Positions 27,496 through 40,049 of a DNA stretch of 64,000 nt are shown one piece after another. A program made the position numbers and the translations under genes. Source of the DNA: an uncultured delta proteobacterium (lineage in GTDB: Bacteria; Myxococcota; Kuafuiibacteriia; Kuafuiibacteriales; Kuafuiibacteriaceae); NCBI GenBank assembly GCA_963803435.1, contig CAWDML010000001.1, forward strand, positions 640,001-704,000, given 5' to 3'. Positions within the stretch are counted from its first letter, which is position 1; the number at the start of each line of letters is the position of its first letter. The notes below the pieces were generated by a model that worked only from the letters and a program-made list of their open reading frames with translations, was not told the origin of the DNA and made no database searches.

Positions 27496-28871
27496 CAGCG
27501 TCCCTTCCGGTACGCCCGGTGCTTGCGCCGCCGCTCGCTCATGCCGCTCTCGGCGGCCACGTCGGTGAGCACCTCGTAGAGGATGGCGCGCTTGTCGGGG
27601 CGCTTCCTGAGGATGCGCCCCAGACGCTGCACGTGCTCGCGCACGCTCCCGCTCCCAGAGAGCACCACACCGACGTTCGCCTCGGGCACGTCGACGCCCT
27701 CGTTGAGGACCCGGGAGGTCAACAGCACCCGCACGTCACCGGCTGAGAATGCGTCGAGCAGCCAGCGGCGCTCCTTCGGCTTCGTCTCGTGCGTGATCAC
27801 CGGCGCGATCAAACGGCGGGCGAGCTCGTAGACGGTCTCGTTGTCCTCGGTGAAGACGATAGTCCGATCGGCGCGATGATCGATGAGGATGCGCCAGAGC
27901 GCGTCGAGCTTGGCGCGCGACGTCAGCGCGATCTTTCGCTGCTCGCGATAGGCCGAAAACGCGGCCCGCCCCTCCTCGCTCTGCTGGCTACGCATGACGA
28001 AGACGCCCCAACCCTCCTGACGCGAGAAGTCGATCCGGTTCTTCCGGACGAACGCGAGATAGCGTTCGCGCGCCGCCTGGTAGCTCTCCTCCTCCTCCGC
28101 GTCGAGCCGCACCTGCACCGTTCGCACGTCGTAGGGTGCCAAGAAGCGGCCCTCGAGCTCCTCGATCCCGACGCGGTGGACCAGCGGGCCGAGCAACGCC
28201 TCCGCCACCTTCTCGCCGCCGTCGGCGCGCTCGAGCGTCGCGGTCAACCCCAACCGGAACGGCGCGAGCGAAGCCTCTGCGATGAACCGGTACGCGGGCG
28301 CCGGGAGGTGGTGGCACTCGTCGCAGATGAGAAAGCCGAAGTCGGCGCCGTGGAACTCGACCTGCGCTGCCGCCGAGTCGTACGTCGTCACCGTCAGCGC
28401 CCGCTTCTCCTTGACGCCGCCGCCCAGCATCCCGACCTCCACACCGAAGTGCTCCTCGAGGACGCGCTGCCACTGCGTCATCAGGTCGATCGTCGGCACC
28501 ACCACCAGCACCGGCCTCTTGATCTTCTCGATCGCGAGCACGGCCAGGATCGTCTTGCCAGCGCCGGTGGGTAGCTCGACCACGCCGTAGCCGCCGCGAT
28601 CCCACCAGCGATCGAGCGCCTCCTGCTGGTGCGGGAACGGCTCGATCACCGTGCGCCGGCTCAGCTCGAGCGTCTCGAAGCCGCGCGCGTGGTCCTCGAA
28701 CGGGACCTTGGCCCGGTGAAGCTCGAGGAGGAGCGTCCGGTACGCGGCTCCCCGCCCGCGGAAGGATCCCGTCCGATCGTCCCACGCGAGGTTCCGCGAC
28801 ACGATCTCCTCGCCCCCGGACGCGTCGGTGACGACGAGCGTCCCGCGGTCGAAGTGGATCTGCACCGGCAT
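27495..28871 (-). CDS. XPB/Ssl2-like SF2 DNA helicase
   Basis: LPTGAGKT, VVVPTIDL, DECHH, LGLTAT, LNEGVDVP, QRLGRILR. Confidence 0.9.
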   Translation of the reverse strand: MPVQIHFDRGTLVVTDASGGEEIVSRNLAWDDRTGSFRGRGAAYRTLLLELHRAKVPFEDHARGFETLELSRRTVIEPFPHQQEALDRWWDRGGYGVVELPTGAGKTILAVLAIEKIKRPVLVVVPTIDLMTQWQRVLEEHFGVEVGMLGGGVKEKRALTVTTYDSAAAQVEFHGADFGFLICDECHHLPAPAYRFIAEASLAPFRLGLTATLERADGGEKVAEALLGPLVHRVGIEELEGRFLAPYDVRTVQVRLDAEEEESYQAARERYLAFVRKNRIDFSRQEGWGVFVMRSQQSEEGRAAFSAYREQRKIALTSRAKLDALWRILIDHRADRTIVFTEDNETVYELARRLIAPVITHETKPKERRWLLDAFSAGDVRVLLTSRVLNEGVDVPEANVGVVLSGSGSVREHVQRLGRILRKRPDKRAILYEVLTDVAAESGMSERRRKHRAYRKGR

Positions 28872-28878
28872 CGTTCGC

Positions 28879-29529
28879 TCAGAGCGGTCGCTCGAGGCTC
28901 ACGCCCGCGCCCACCAGCTCCGCGTCCCAGTGCAACCTACCTTGCATGACGCGGAGGTCCTCGACCGGCGGCTTGTCGGGGTTGATGATCGCGGCCAGGA
29001 AGCTCCGTCCCTCCGGATCGATCTCGAGCTCTACGTCGTGGAAGCCGAGGAACACGCCGACCCGCGGGTAGTAGCACTTGTAGAACGCCTCCTTGGCGCT
29101 GAACGTCACCTTGGCCCAATCGACGAGCGCGGGCAGCGAGGCGATGCGGGCCAGCTCGTCCGGCGTACAGATCATCCGGCGCAGGTCCGGCTTCAGCGCG
29201 TCCGCACCCTCCACGTCGAGCCCCACGCCGAGATACCGCTCCGAGCGTGCCACGGCGACCGCGCAGCAGCTGCGAGTGTGGCTGATGCTGCCGACGATGC
29301 CCGGCGGCCACCGGGGCGTCCGGTCCTCCTCGGACGGGATGGGAGCGGGCGCCATCCCCAGCCGGGCCAGCGCTGCGCGGGCCGCCGCCCGTCCCGCTCG
29401 ATATTCTCGACGTCGCTTCTCCACCGCCCGCAGGATCGCCGCCTCTTCCTCGGGAAAGAGCGGCGCCTCGTACATGTCCGGCGTGGCGCGAACCGTGACC
29501 ACGTCGGCCGGGAACAACGTCTCGATCAC
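28879..29529 (-). CDS. 4'-phosphopantetheinyl transferase (EntD/Npt-like)
   Basis: KRRREYRAGR, PRWPPGIVGSISHT, VGLDVE, FSAKEAFYK; probable GTG start at 29529. Confidence 0.9.
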   Translation of the reverse strand: MIETLFPADVVTVRATPDMYEAPLFPEEEAAILRAVEKRRREYRAGRAAARAALARLGMAPAPIPSEEDRTPRWPPGIVGSISHTRSCCAVAVARSERYLGVGLDVEGADALKPDLRRMICTPDELARIASLPALVDWAKVTFSAKEAFYKCYYPRVGVFLGFHDVELEIDPEGRSFLAAIINPDKPPVEDLRVMQGRLHWDAELVGAGVSLERPL

Positions 29530-29559
29530 TCGACCCGACTTTGATACGACCCTGGGAGC

Positions 29560-31235
29560 ATGGCCAGCGTTTCGATCGCCACCCTGTACGCGAGAGAGGA
29601 CGCCCCCTCCGAAGGGCTGCGCAGCCGCGGCGCCGCCCAGATCGCCCTCTCCTGCTTCGAGCTGCCCGAGCCCGGTGAGCTCGAGGGTGCCGGCGCGATC
29701 CTGCTGCGCTCGCCCGATCCCGACACCGCCCGCCTGGACGCCGCCCTCGGCGACTCCACCGCCGCGGTGTTCCTCGACACGGGCGGCGCCTGGAGCGGGG
29801 CAGCCGGCGCGCTCCTCGTGGCTCTCCGGGAGCGGCGCCCCGACCTCACCGGCTGTTTCGGGGCCGATCCGTTGCGGGCCTTCGCGCGCGGCTTCCCCCT
29901 CGACTGGAATCGCACCGCCGAGCTGTTCGCCTTCGACGAGCTCCGCGTCCTCCGCCTCTCCACCGCGCCGTACTCGGACGCCGGCGCCGATCTCGACCAT
30001 CAGCTCGCGTTCCTCTTCGCAACCCTGCTCGACACGCTCAGGAACCTCGAGCCGCGCGGCATCGATCCCGCGACCGCGGCGCGCCGCACCTCGCTTCAGC
30101 TCGAGCTCGACTGCGATCAGTTCCTCGGCATTGCCGCGCTCCGCGCCACCCGCGCGCTTTGGGCGCGCATCGCCGAGGTGATCGGCTTCGACGCGCCGGC
30201 GTGCCTCCACGCCGAGACTGCCCGCCGGGTCCTCACCGAGCGGGACCCCTGGGTGAACCTGCTGCGCGGCACCGTCACCGCCTTCGCGGCGATCGCCGGC
30301 GGTGCCGACTGGATCACGGTGACGCCCTTCGACGCGATCGTTGGCCTGCCGGGCCCGCTCGGGCGGCGGCTCGCGCGCAACACCACGCTGCTCCTCGAAG
30401 AGGAGTCGCACCTCGCTCACGTCGTCGATCCGGCCGGCGGGAGCTGGTACGTCGAGCGCCTCACCCGCGAGCTGACGGAGCGCTCCTGGCGGACGCTCCA
30501 GGAGATCGAGGCCGCGGGTGGAATGCAGGCTGTCTTGACATCCGGCTGGATCGACCGCCGCGTGGAGGCGTCCCGGGCCGCGCGGCTCGACGCCGTCGCC
30601 CACCGCACCGCGCCGATCACGGGCGTCTCCGAGTTCGCTGATCTCGACGAGAAGCCGCTGCCGTCCCCCGCGTATCGTCCGCCGGCCCGCCGCGAGGTAC
30701 CGCCGATCGCCGATCTGGCCGCCGCCGTGGAGGCGGCTCGCCAGGGCGCCTCCCTCACCGAGCTGGCGCTCGCGCTCCCCACGTCGGGCCCCCGTCGGCC
30801 CGCGCTCCCGGTGATCCGTTTCGCCGCCGGGTTCGAGGCGCTGCGCGGCGCCGCCGACGCCCACCGCGAACGCACCGGCTCGCGTCCGAAGATCTTCCTC
30901 GCCAACCTGGGGTCGGTCTCGGAGCACACGGCCCGCGCCACCTGGGCGCGGAGCTTCTTCGAGGCCGGCGGCGTCGCGGCCGTCAGCTCGGACGGCGACG
31001 ATCCGGTCGGCGCCTTCGAGCGAAGCGGCGCGCGCGCGGCCGTGATCTGCTCCTCCGATCGCGTCTACGAGGCCCGCGCCGCCGAGGTCGCGCGAGCCCT
31101 CTCGGCCGCCGGCGCGAGCCCGCTCTACCTCGCCGGCAAGCCGAACGACGCCTACCCCGTCGACGCGTTCATCCACATCGGAGTCGATGTCCTCGCCACG
31201 CTCGGCGATCTCCACCGCGCGCTCGGGGTGCGGCC

Positions 31236-31239
<4 letters not shown>
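29560..31239 (+). CDS. mutA: Methylmalonyl-CoA mutase small (beta) subunit
   Basis: [49 protein letters not shown]; lacks the DxHxxG B12 motif. Confidence 0.85.
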
Positions 31240-33363
<2,124 letters not shown>

Positions 33364-33371
<8 letters not shown>

Positions 33372-34332
33372 CGGCGAGCTCACCGTCGAGGCGTGGCTCG
33401 AGGGCATCCGCGCCCGCGATCGCGCGATCCTGGGGCGCGCCGTCACGCTGATCGAGAGCCGTCGCCCCGAGCACCGCGAGACCGCGCAGTCCCTCCTGAC
33501 CGCGTTGATGCCGTACACGGGTGGCGCCCATCGGATCGGGATCAGCGGCATCCCGGGCGCGGGCAAGTCGACATTCATCGAAGCCTTCGGAATGATGCTG
33601 GTGGAGCAAGGTCACCGCGTCGCCGTCCTCGCCGTCGATCCGTCGAGCACCCTCACCGGCGGAAGCATCCTCGGTGACAAGACGCGCATGCAGCGTCTCG
33701 CCGCCGACCCGCGCGCGTTCGTCCGTCCTTCACCCTCGAGCGGTGCGCTCGGCGGCGTGGCGCGGCGGACCCAGGAGACCGTGCTCCTCGCCGAGGCCGC
33801 CGGCTTCGACGTGGTCATCGTGGAGTCGATCGGCGTGGGACAGTCGGAGACCGCGCTGGCGGAGATGGTCGACTTCTTACTCCTCCTCGTGCTCCCGGGC
33901 GGCGGCGACGAGCTCCAGGGGATCAAGCGCGGCATCCTGGAGCTGGCCGACCTGGTCGCGATCAACAAGGCGGACGGCGATCGCCTCGCCCACGCGCGCG
34001 CGGCCCAGGCCGAGTACGGAGCCGCGCTGCGCCTCTTGCGGAGCGACGCCCCCGAGATCCTGCTGACCAGCGCCCTGGAAGGAACCGGGCTCGCGCAGGT
34101 GTGGGAGGCGATCCGGCGGCACCAGACCGACGGTCGCCGCCGCGAGCGGCGGCGCACCGAGCAGCGGATCGCCTGGACGCGGCGCCTGATCCACGACGAG
34201 CTCGAGGAGCGCTTCGCCCGTCACCCGGAGGTCGCCCGCCTGCTCCCCGAGCTCGAGCGCGAGGTCGAGGCCGGCCGCCTCTCTCCCAGCGAGGCTGCGG
34301 CCCGGGCGCTGGAGGCGTTCAATAGCCGATGA
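33364..34332 (+). CDS. meaB: Methylmalonyl-CoA mutase-associated GTPase
   Basis: [47 protein letters not shown]. Confidence 0.95.
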
Positions 34333-34642
34333 GGTCGCGGTCCTCGTCGTACCAGTGAGGCCGTCCGAAGTCGCGACCGACGCTGGCCTCGAGCTCGCGC
34401 ACCACCTCCCCGAGATCTCGGTTCACGGACTCGGAGCTCAGCGATCCGTTGGCCGGTGAGATCAACGCCGGCTCGGCCCGCGCCACCGCGGTGTCGAGCT
34501 GAGCCTCCAGCCGATGCGTCAGCTCCCGCCCGTCGAGCGCCAGACGCTCCGCGACCTGCTCGAGAAAAGCGAAAGCCACCTTGCGTTGATCCGGCCCGTC
34601 GCGCAGCAGCGCTCGCGCCACCTCACCCCGAATTCCCCTCAC
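34319..34642 (-). CDS. Hypothetical protein
   Basis: GTG start overlapping the upstream stop (GTGA at 34639-34642); protein-like composition. Confidence 0.4.
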   Translation of the reverse strand: MRGIRGEVARALLRDGPDQRKVAFAFLEQVAERLALDGRELTHRLEAQLDTAVARAEPALISPANGSLSSESVNRDLGEVVRELEASVGRDFGRPHWYDEDRDLIGY

Positions 34643-35085
34643 GGCTCCATCCCTCGCAACGCGCGTAGCCGCGCCGATGAAATCGATCGCCGCACCCGCT
34701 GGGAGAGCCCGCTCTGCGCCTCCAGCTGTGACCCGCTCTTCGCCTGCCGGCGAAGACGGCTCGACAGGTAACGGGCGAAGAAGCGCTCCATCAGCGACCA
34801 GTCGCCCTGAATCGCCAGCTCGGGGCGCTCTGAAAACTCCGTCCCCGTCATGACCGCGAGCGCCTCGGCCTCTCCGAGCAGGAAGATCGCGTCGGAGTCC
34901 GGCGGCGCCCGGCGCGGGAAAGAGGTGGCGACCGCGTCCCCGAAGCTCGCCGACCACCAGTAGGTCCCGGCGGCCCCCTGGACGCCCACGGCGAGCAATC
35001 CCGCCAGCTGGCTGGGCGCACCGTCCGTGGCCACCAGCGCCTGGAGGAGGAGGAGCAAATCGCTGGGGAGGAGGTCCAGGCCCAT
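34639..35085 (-). CDS. Hypothetical protein, weakly SCP2 sterol-carrier-like
   Basis: DAIFLL...LAIQGDWSLMERF resembles the SCP2 C-terminal l.i.GD pattern. Confidence 0.45.
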   Translation of the reverse strand: MGLDLLPSDLLLLLQALVATDGAPSQLAGLLAVGVQGAAGTYWWSASFGDAVATSFPRRAPPDSDAIFLLGEAEALAVMTGTEFSERPELAIQGDWSLMERFFARYLSSRLRRQAKSGSQLEAQSGLSQRVRRSISSARLRALRGMEP

Positions 35086-35175
35086 CCGAAGGGAGGGAAC
35101 AGCACTGCGCGTGCCAGGGCCCGTTCCGCGGCTTACGGGCGAGGACTGTCGGGTGGAGTCGACAGACTGCCGGTC

Positions 35176-35973
35176 TCAGTATCGACCTGTAGCCCGCTCC
35201 TTTGCAGGGAGGATTTCCAGGCACGTGGTCCACCAGCCCTCGAGGATGGTGGTGACGAAGGCCTGCGGCAGGCCCTCGGCGCGCATCTCTTCCGCCAGCC
35301 GGGCGTGATCGTAGTGCACGGGCAGGAACTCGATCTCGAGATCGCCGCGCGTGGCGTCGAGGATCGCGAACCACACGTTCGTCTTGCCGTCGTTGGCGGG
35401 TCGGCCCAGCGCGCCCACGTTGACGACCCCGCGGTTCTGCGCGTGCAGTCGGGACCAGTGGATGCCGGTGTGCGTGCAGACCACGACGTCGGCCTGCTGA
35501 TCATCGAGCATCTTCTCCACGAACGGGACGGGCGTCGTGGAGCGCCAGAGGAACTCGTTGATCTTCCGCGGTGAGCCGTGCGCGAGCAGCAGGCGATGCT
35601 CTCCCAGCGTGAGGCGCGCCGACAGCGGGAGCGTCCCCATCCACTCCTTGTGCTCACGGCTGGTGCGCTCGAACGTGTAGTCGTACGAGATCTGGGCGAA
35701 GTGATTGTCGCGCGGATCGGTGTACCCGCAGTGGCAGTCCTCGGAGGCGCTGGAGAGCGCCTCCTCATAGTTGCCCTGGATCGCGGACACGCCGTGCTCA
35801 CGCAGGATCTCGCACGTGCGATCCGGGTGCGGTCCGAACGCCCCGAAGTCGCCCAGCGCCCAGACCGCCTCGACGTTGGCCGCCTTCGCCATACGCAGCG
35901 CCTCCGAGAGGGCGAGGTAGTTGCTGTAGATCCCCCCGAAGAAGGCCACGCGAGAGAGCGTCAGGTCGTGCAT
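35176..35973 (-). CDS. Metallophosphoesterase family protein with Cys-containing insert
   Basis: ATG 35973; GGIYSN, LGDFG, QGNYE, DCHCGY, HGSP, CTHTG, NVGALGRP. Confidence 0.85.
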   Translation of the reverse strand: MHDLTLSRVAFFGGIYSNYLALSEALRMAKAANVEAVWALGDFGAFGPHPDRTCEILREHGVSAIQGNYEEALSSASEDCHCGYTDPRDNHFAQISYDYTFERTSREHKEWMGTLPLSARLTLGEHRLLLAHGSPRKINEFLWRSTTPVPFVEKMLDDQQADVVVCTHTGIHWSRLHAQNRGVVNVGALGRPANDGKTNVWFAILDATRGDLEIEFLPVHYDHARLAEEMRAEGLPQAFVTTILEGWWTTCLEILPAKERATGRY

Positions 35974-36839
35974 CGAAGCCCCTCGAAGTGGCACGTGAAG
36001 CAGGCCTGGTGCGACAGTGAGAACGGCCCCAGCGTCTCCGCCAGCGTTCGGCCCATCATCGCGTCGGGCGCATCGATCAGGATGGGACAGACGTAGACGC
36101 CCCGCGCACAGGCCATCCGGCAGCGCGCACACTGGAGCGCCTCGAGCTCTTGTTCGGTCAGGTGCACGCCTGCCAGCGTCTCCCACTCGCGATAGCCCCG
36201 CGCGCGCGAGGTCTCCGCACCCAGCCGGATCAGGGGCAGCACCTTCAAGCGCGGCTGGGTGAGGCCGGCCCGCTCCAGAAACTCGAGGAAGCGCGCCCGG
36301 CCGATCTGCGTGGCCGCCTCTCCGCAGGCCTCGGTCACCGTGATCACCGGGTTCAGACCCGCCTCGGCGAGGCTGCGGACCCCGGCCATGATGCGCTCGA
36401 AGGTCCCCTCCCCGCGGATCGGATCGTTCGACGCTGCGTCCCAGCCGTCGATCGAGATCCGGAGATCGAGCGAATACTCGGATGCATCCGAGAGCCGCTT
36501 CAGCCGCCGCGCGGTCTCGTCCTTGATCAAGAGGCCGTTCGTCAGCACGGCCACCGGCCCCTGCGCCAGCGCCGCCTCCAGCATCTCGAGCAGCTCCCGG
36601 TTCATGAACGGCTCGCCGCCGGTGAAGTAGTACTCCTTGACGCCGAGCGCGACGGCCTCCCCCAGGAGCCGCTCCACCTGCTCGAGCGACATCATCTCGT
36701 GCGTGTGGTTCTCCGGCGAGCACGAGATGAAGCAGTGCGTGCAACGGAGATTGCAGAGGGTACCGGCCACCTGGAACCAGAGCGTGTCGAGCGCCAGGAG
36801 CGGCGCCGCGGGATAGGTGGGATTGAGCTGGACCAGCAT
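35961..36839 (-). CDS. Radical SAM protein (ArsS-related type)
   Basis: CNLRCTHC, FTGGEPF, LTNG, ISIDG; Cys-rich C-terminus CARCRM...VCPIL...CFTC...C. Confidence 0.85.
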   Translation of the reverse strand: MLVQLNPTYPAAPLLALDTLWFQVAGTLCNLRCTHCFISCSPENHTHEMMSLEQVERLLGEAVALGVKEYYFTGGEPFMNRELLEMLEAALAQGPVAVLTNGLLIKDETARRLKRLSDASEYSLDLRISIDGWDAASNDPIRGEGTFERIMAGVRSLAEAGLNPVITVTEACGEAATQIGRARFLEFLERAGLTQPRLKVLPLIRLGAETSRARGYREWETLAGVHLTEQELEALQCARCRMACARGVYVCPILIDAPDAMMGRTLAETLGPFSLSHQACFTCHFEGLRCTT

Positions 36840-37991
36840 CAGCCGAGGCCCTCGAAGATCGTCTCGATCTGCGCCAGACCGTCCTTCAGCAGAAACGTGC
36901 TCGATCGGCCGTAGCTCTTGTGGCCGATGAGATGGAAGCCAGGCTCACCGGACTCGAGAATCCGACGCCTTCAGCCGGGGCACGTGGAGGCAGTCGGTGA
37001 CGTTCGAGAGCCCGGCCTCGATCCCCGACGCGCCCTCCGTCACGGGCGAGATCCGGAGCGCCACCTCGTGCAGGAAGGTGAGATCAGGCCGGTAGCCGGT
37101 GAAGCCGCAGATCCGATCGAAGACCCCCTCCCGATCACCAGCGAACCGCGCCAGCAGGCGCTCGCCGCGGGGCTCGATCGCAACCAGGTGCGCCTTGCGC
37201 TCGACTGTCAGGAACGGCGGCGGATCGAGCGCCAGGTGGTTCGCGGCGTCCACGATCCGCCGGCGCTCGGGCAGCGGATCCTCGGCGACAGCGACACACG
37301 GGCGCCGGTTCATCGATCGCGTGGCCCAGGTGATCCGCGTCTCCGGGTGCTCGACCGCCACCCGCGCCAGCCGCTCGATCGCGTGGGCCGCGGAGTGTCC
37401 GTGTCCGACCACCAGGAACGCTCGTCCCGAGAGCTCCCGCTCGGCCTCGAGCTGGCCGAGGTAGCGGATGATCCGAGGTGCGAGCACGCGCTCTCCCGCG
37501 GCAGGCACCCCACCGACGCCCGAGTACGCAGGCAGCTGGCTCCCCGAGGCATCGAGCACCACGTCCGCCTCGAAGCGCTTCTCCCCTTCGGGCGAGTCAG
37601 CGAGCACGGTGAAGCTGCGCTCGCTGCGCAGCGGGTGTCGCGGCAGGTCCTTCCGGGTCATGCGCGTCCGGCCCACCGCCACCACCGCGTGCCGCTCCAG
37701 CACGCGGCCGGCCAGCGGCGGGCGGGTGATCAACTTCGACAGCACCTGCTCGACAAAGCCGGCACCAGTGAGGACCGCGCCCGGCGCCGGCGCCTCGGCG
37801 CCCAGCAGCTCCCGCACGCGCGAGGAAACGTTCATCTCGAGAGGAGTGAAGAACCGGGTCGAGCCCCAGCGAGACAGCGAGCTGCCCGCACGGTCCTTCT
37901 CCAGCACGCGCACGTCGAACCCCCTCGCCGCGCCCAGCACTGCCGCCTCGAGGCCGATCGGTCCCGCACCGATGACCAGCAGCCGTCTCAT
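36839..37991 (-). CDS. FAD/NAD(P)-dependent oxidoreductase (flavin monooxygenase-like, ArsO/ArsV-related); frameshift near 36960
   Basis: VIGAGPIG, VLDASG, VVGHGHSA, TGYRPD; the repaired C-terminus EPGFHLIGHKSYGRSSTFLLKDG ends at a TGATG overlap with the radical SAM start. Confidence 0.8.
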
Positions 37992-38317
37992 GTCTCGCGC
38001 TCGAGCACGTTGCAGGCCTGCACCCAGTGGGCGACCACACCGCCGGCCTTGATGCTCGCCGCGACGTTGGCGGCCTCGGCCATCTCCTCCGGAGACCAGC
38101 CGGCGTCCGCGCACTGCTTCGCGTAGCTGTGGATGCAGTACGGCTCCTGGATCGCGAACGCCACCGCCAGCCCGATCAGCTGCTTCGTCTTGGCGTCGAC
38201 CAGACCAGCCTCCATCGCGCCGCTGTAGTACCGCATGAAGTCGGCAAAGCCCTTCTCGTTGGCCTTCGACATCTCGGCAAAACGGGCCAGATCCTCGGAA
38301 ACGTAGTAGCTCGGCAT
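37988..38317 (-). CDS. AhpD/carboxymuconolactone decarboxylase-family protein (arsenosugar/rSAM-associated peroxidase-like type)
   Basis: GGAGG RBS; SYY..EDL.RF, KTKQLIGLAVAFAIQEPYCI, EEMAEA..VAASIKAG...H.VQ. Confidence 0.8.
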   Translation of the reverse strand: MPSYYVSEDLARFAEMSKANEKGFADFMRYYSGAMEAGLVDAKTKQLIGLAVAFAIQEPYCIHSYAKQCADAGWSPEEMAEAANVAASIKAGGVVAHWVQACNVLERET

Positions 38318-38387
38318 TGGTGTCCTCCCAGCGCGCAGCAGCGCTGCGCAACGTAGCTTGCAAAACGATGAAGATCGGCGAGCGCGG

Positions 38388-39057
38388 TCAGACCGGCGGA
38401 CCGCGGATCGCATGGGCGACCATCGCTCGCGGGTGAAACCGGGTGAGGCGGTCGGGAGGGACGGCAGCTCGGCCGCAGGATCCGGGTGAGAACGCGGGCA
38501 AGCTCGCGGTCACGGCCGGCTTCGATGCGGTCCAGGTCGGCGCGGCGGTCGACGTCGTCGAGACGCTCGAGGAGCTGGGCGTCACCGAGGCTGATCAGGT
38601 CGTGGCACGTCGACCGCGTCTGCCAGCGCACGGCCGCGAAGTCGACCGAGGCGCGCGCGGCGATCAGATAGGCGCCGCCGTCGGCGCTGGGTCCGACGAC
38701 CAGCGGATGGGTGTCGAGCCCGACCAGCGCGCGGCGCAGCTGGGAGACCGAGATTCGGGGCGTATCGAGGCCCACGGCCACCACCCGCGTGTACCCGAGA
38801 CCCCGGGCGTCCTCGATGGCAGAGCGCAGGCGATCACCGAAGGTCCGACCGCGCTGCGGGAGCACCGGGGTGCCCGGGGGGAGCGCGTGCGGCGCGGCCC
38901 CCACCACCACCAGATCGACGTCGAGGACCTGGGCCGCCGCCGTCACCCGCCGCGCCGCCAGCGCGAACAGGACTTCGGCGCCCGGGATTCGCTTGAGAGC
39001 GGCTTCCCTGCGTGCCGAGCGCGCGAAGAGCAGGATGCAGGAGCGGTCTCCGCGCAC
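38388..39057 (-). CDS. DUF2064/CofC-like glycosyltransferase (TIGR04282-like); 3' end uncertain
   Basis: ILLFAR, QRGRTFGDRL, VGLDTP, VGPSADGGAYLI, LDDVD...DL. The called frame runs into the next gene (to 38176); an alternative frame ends IRGPPV* at 38388. Confidence 0.75.
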
Positions 39058-39092
39058 GCGGAGTCGACCGTATGAGAACCACTCTCCGGCTG

Positions 39093-39920
39093 TCAATTCG
39101 CCACGGCCAGGCGCTTCTCCATCGACTCGAACTGTTCGCGCCAGACCTCGCGCCAGCCGTCGGACGAGGGATCCGCGAGCAGCGCCTTGGCCTTGTCGAA
39201 GGCCGCCCGCGCCTCGTCGGTGCGGTCGTCCTCGACGAGGGCCTCGGCGAGCATCAGGAGGTTCTCGGGCCACTCGGGCCCGAGCTCGGTCGCCTTCTCG
39301 AGGTGCGCGATCGCTTCGTCGAGATCGCCGACCGAGAGGGGCCAGGCCGGCGCCCGCAGGTAGATCCCGCCGAGGAGCCGATGCGGTCCCGCATGCGCGA
39401 CCGTCGGGTCCTTCTCCACGGCCGCCTGACCCTGCGCGAGCATTCGTGGGATCAGCGCGAGCCCTTCCATGTTGCGCGCCAGCGCGCGCGCCCCCATGCA
39501 CAGCCCCAGGTAGAAGTGGCCTTCGGCGGGATCATCCTTCTCGATGCCGAGGTCCATGCATCGCTTCGCCAGCTTCGCTGCATTGTCTGCGCTGCTCGAG
39601 GTGAGCGTCAGGAAGTAGAGCGCGCGGGCGGCGCGCCACCGACCTTCGGGGCCACAGTCGGCGTCGCCGGGCTCGTTCACACACGCTTCGGCGGCGCGGT
39701 AGGAGCGGGCGGCGCTGGGGCCGCTCGGCCCGTGCATGACCATCCGATCCGACTCGACGAGGAGCGCGTCCTTCCCCACGGGGAGGGGCCCATACTTGTC
39801 ATCGTCCTGCGGCAGATCCAGGAGGTTGTTGGGAGGACAGTGCGCGCAGGAGGCGTCGGCGAGCACGAGGAGGGGAAGCGCGAACCGAAGCCATTGAATC
39901 GATCGTTCGCCGCGAACCAC
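39093..39920 (-). CDS. Exported TPR protein (TatT-like)
   Basis: Signal-like N-terminus; GHFYLG, AGPHRLLGGIYLRAPAWPLSVGDLDEAIAHLEKA. Confidence 0.65.
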   Translation of the reverse strand: MVRGERSIQWLRFALPLLVLADASCAHCPPNNLLDLPQDDDKYGPLPVGKDALLVESDRMVMHGPSGPSAARSYRAAEACVNEPGDADCGPEGRWRAARALYFLTLTSSSADNAAKLAKRCMDLGIEKDDPAEGHFYLGLCMGARALARNMEGLALIPRMLAQGQAAVEKDPTVAHAGPHRLLGGIYLRAPAWPLSVGDLDEAIAHLEKATELGPEWPENLLMLAEALVEDDRTDEARAAFDKAKALLADPSSDGWREVWREQFESMEKRLAVAN

Positions 39921-39987
39921 GCCCTACCCCGAAGAGAAGATCTCCGGCGCTGCTATAGCCTCGGAGGTGGTGGGAGCGCCAGCAGGC

Positions 39988-40024
39988 AAAAAAGGAAAAA
40001 AGCGCCCGCCCGAGGGCGAACGCT
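39988..40024 (-). terminator. Intrinsic terminator
   Basis: Minus strand AGCGUUCGCC-CUCG-GGCGGGCGCU followed by UUUUUCCUUUUUU. The UU/GG wobble pairs form only on the minus strand. Confidence 0.85.
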
Positions 40025-40049
40025 CTCCCAATTCTCGTGAGATCAAGGG

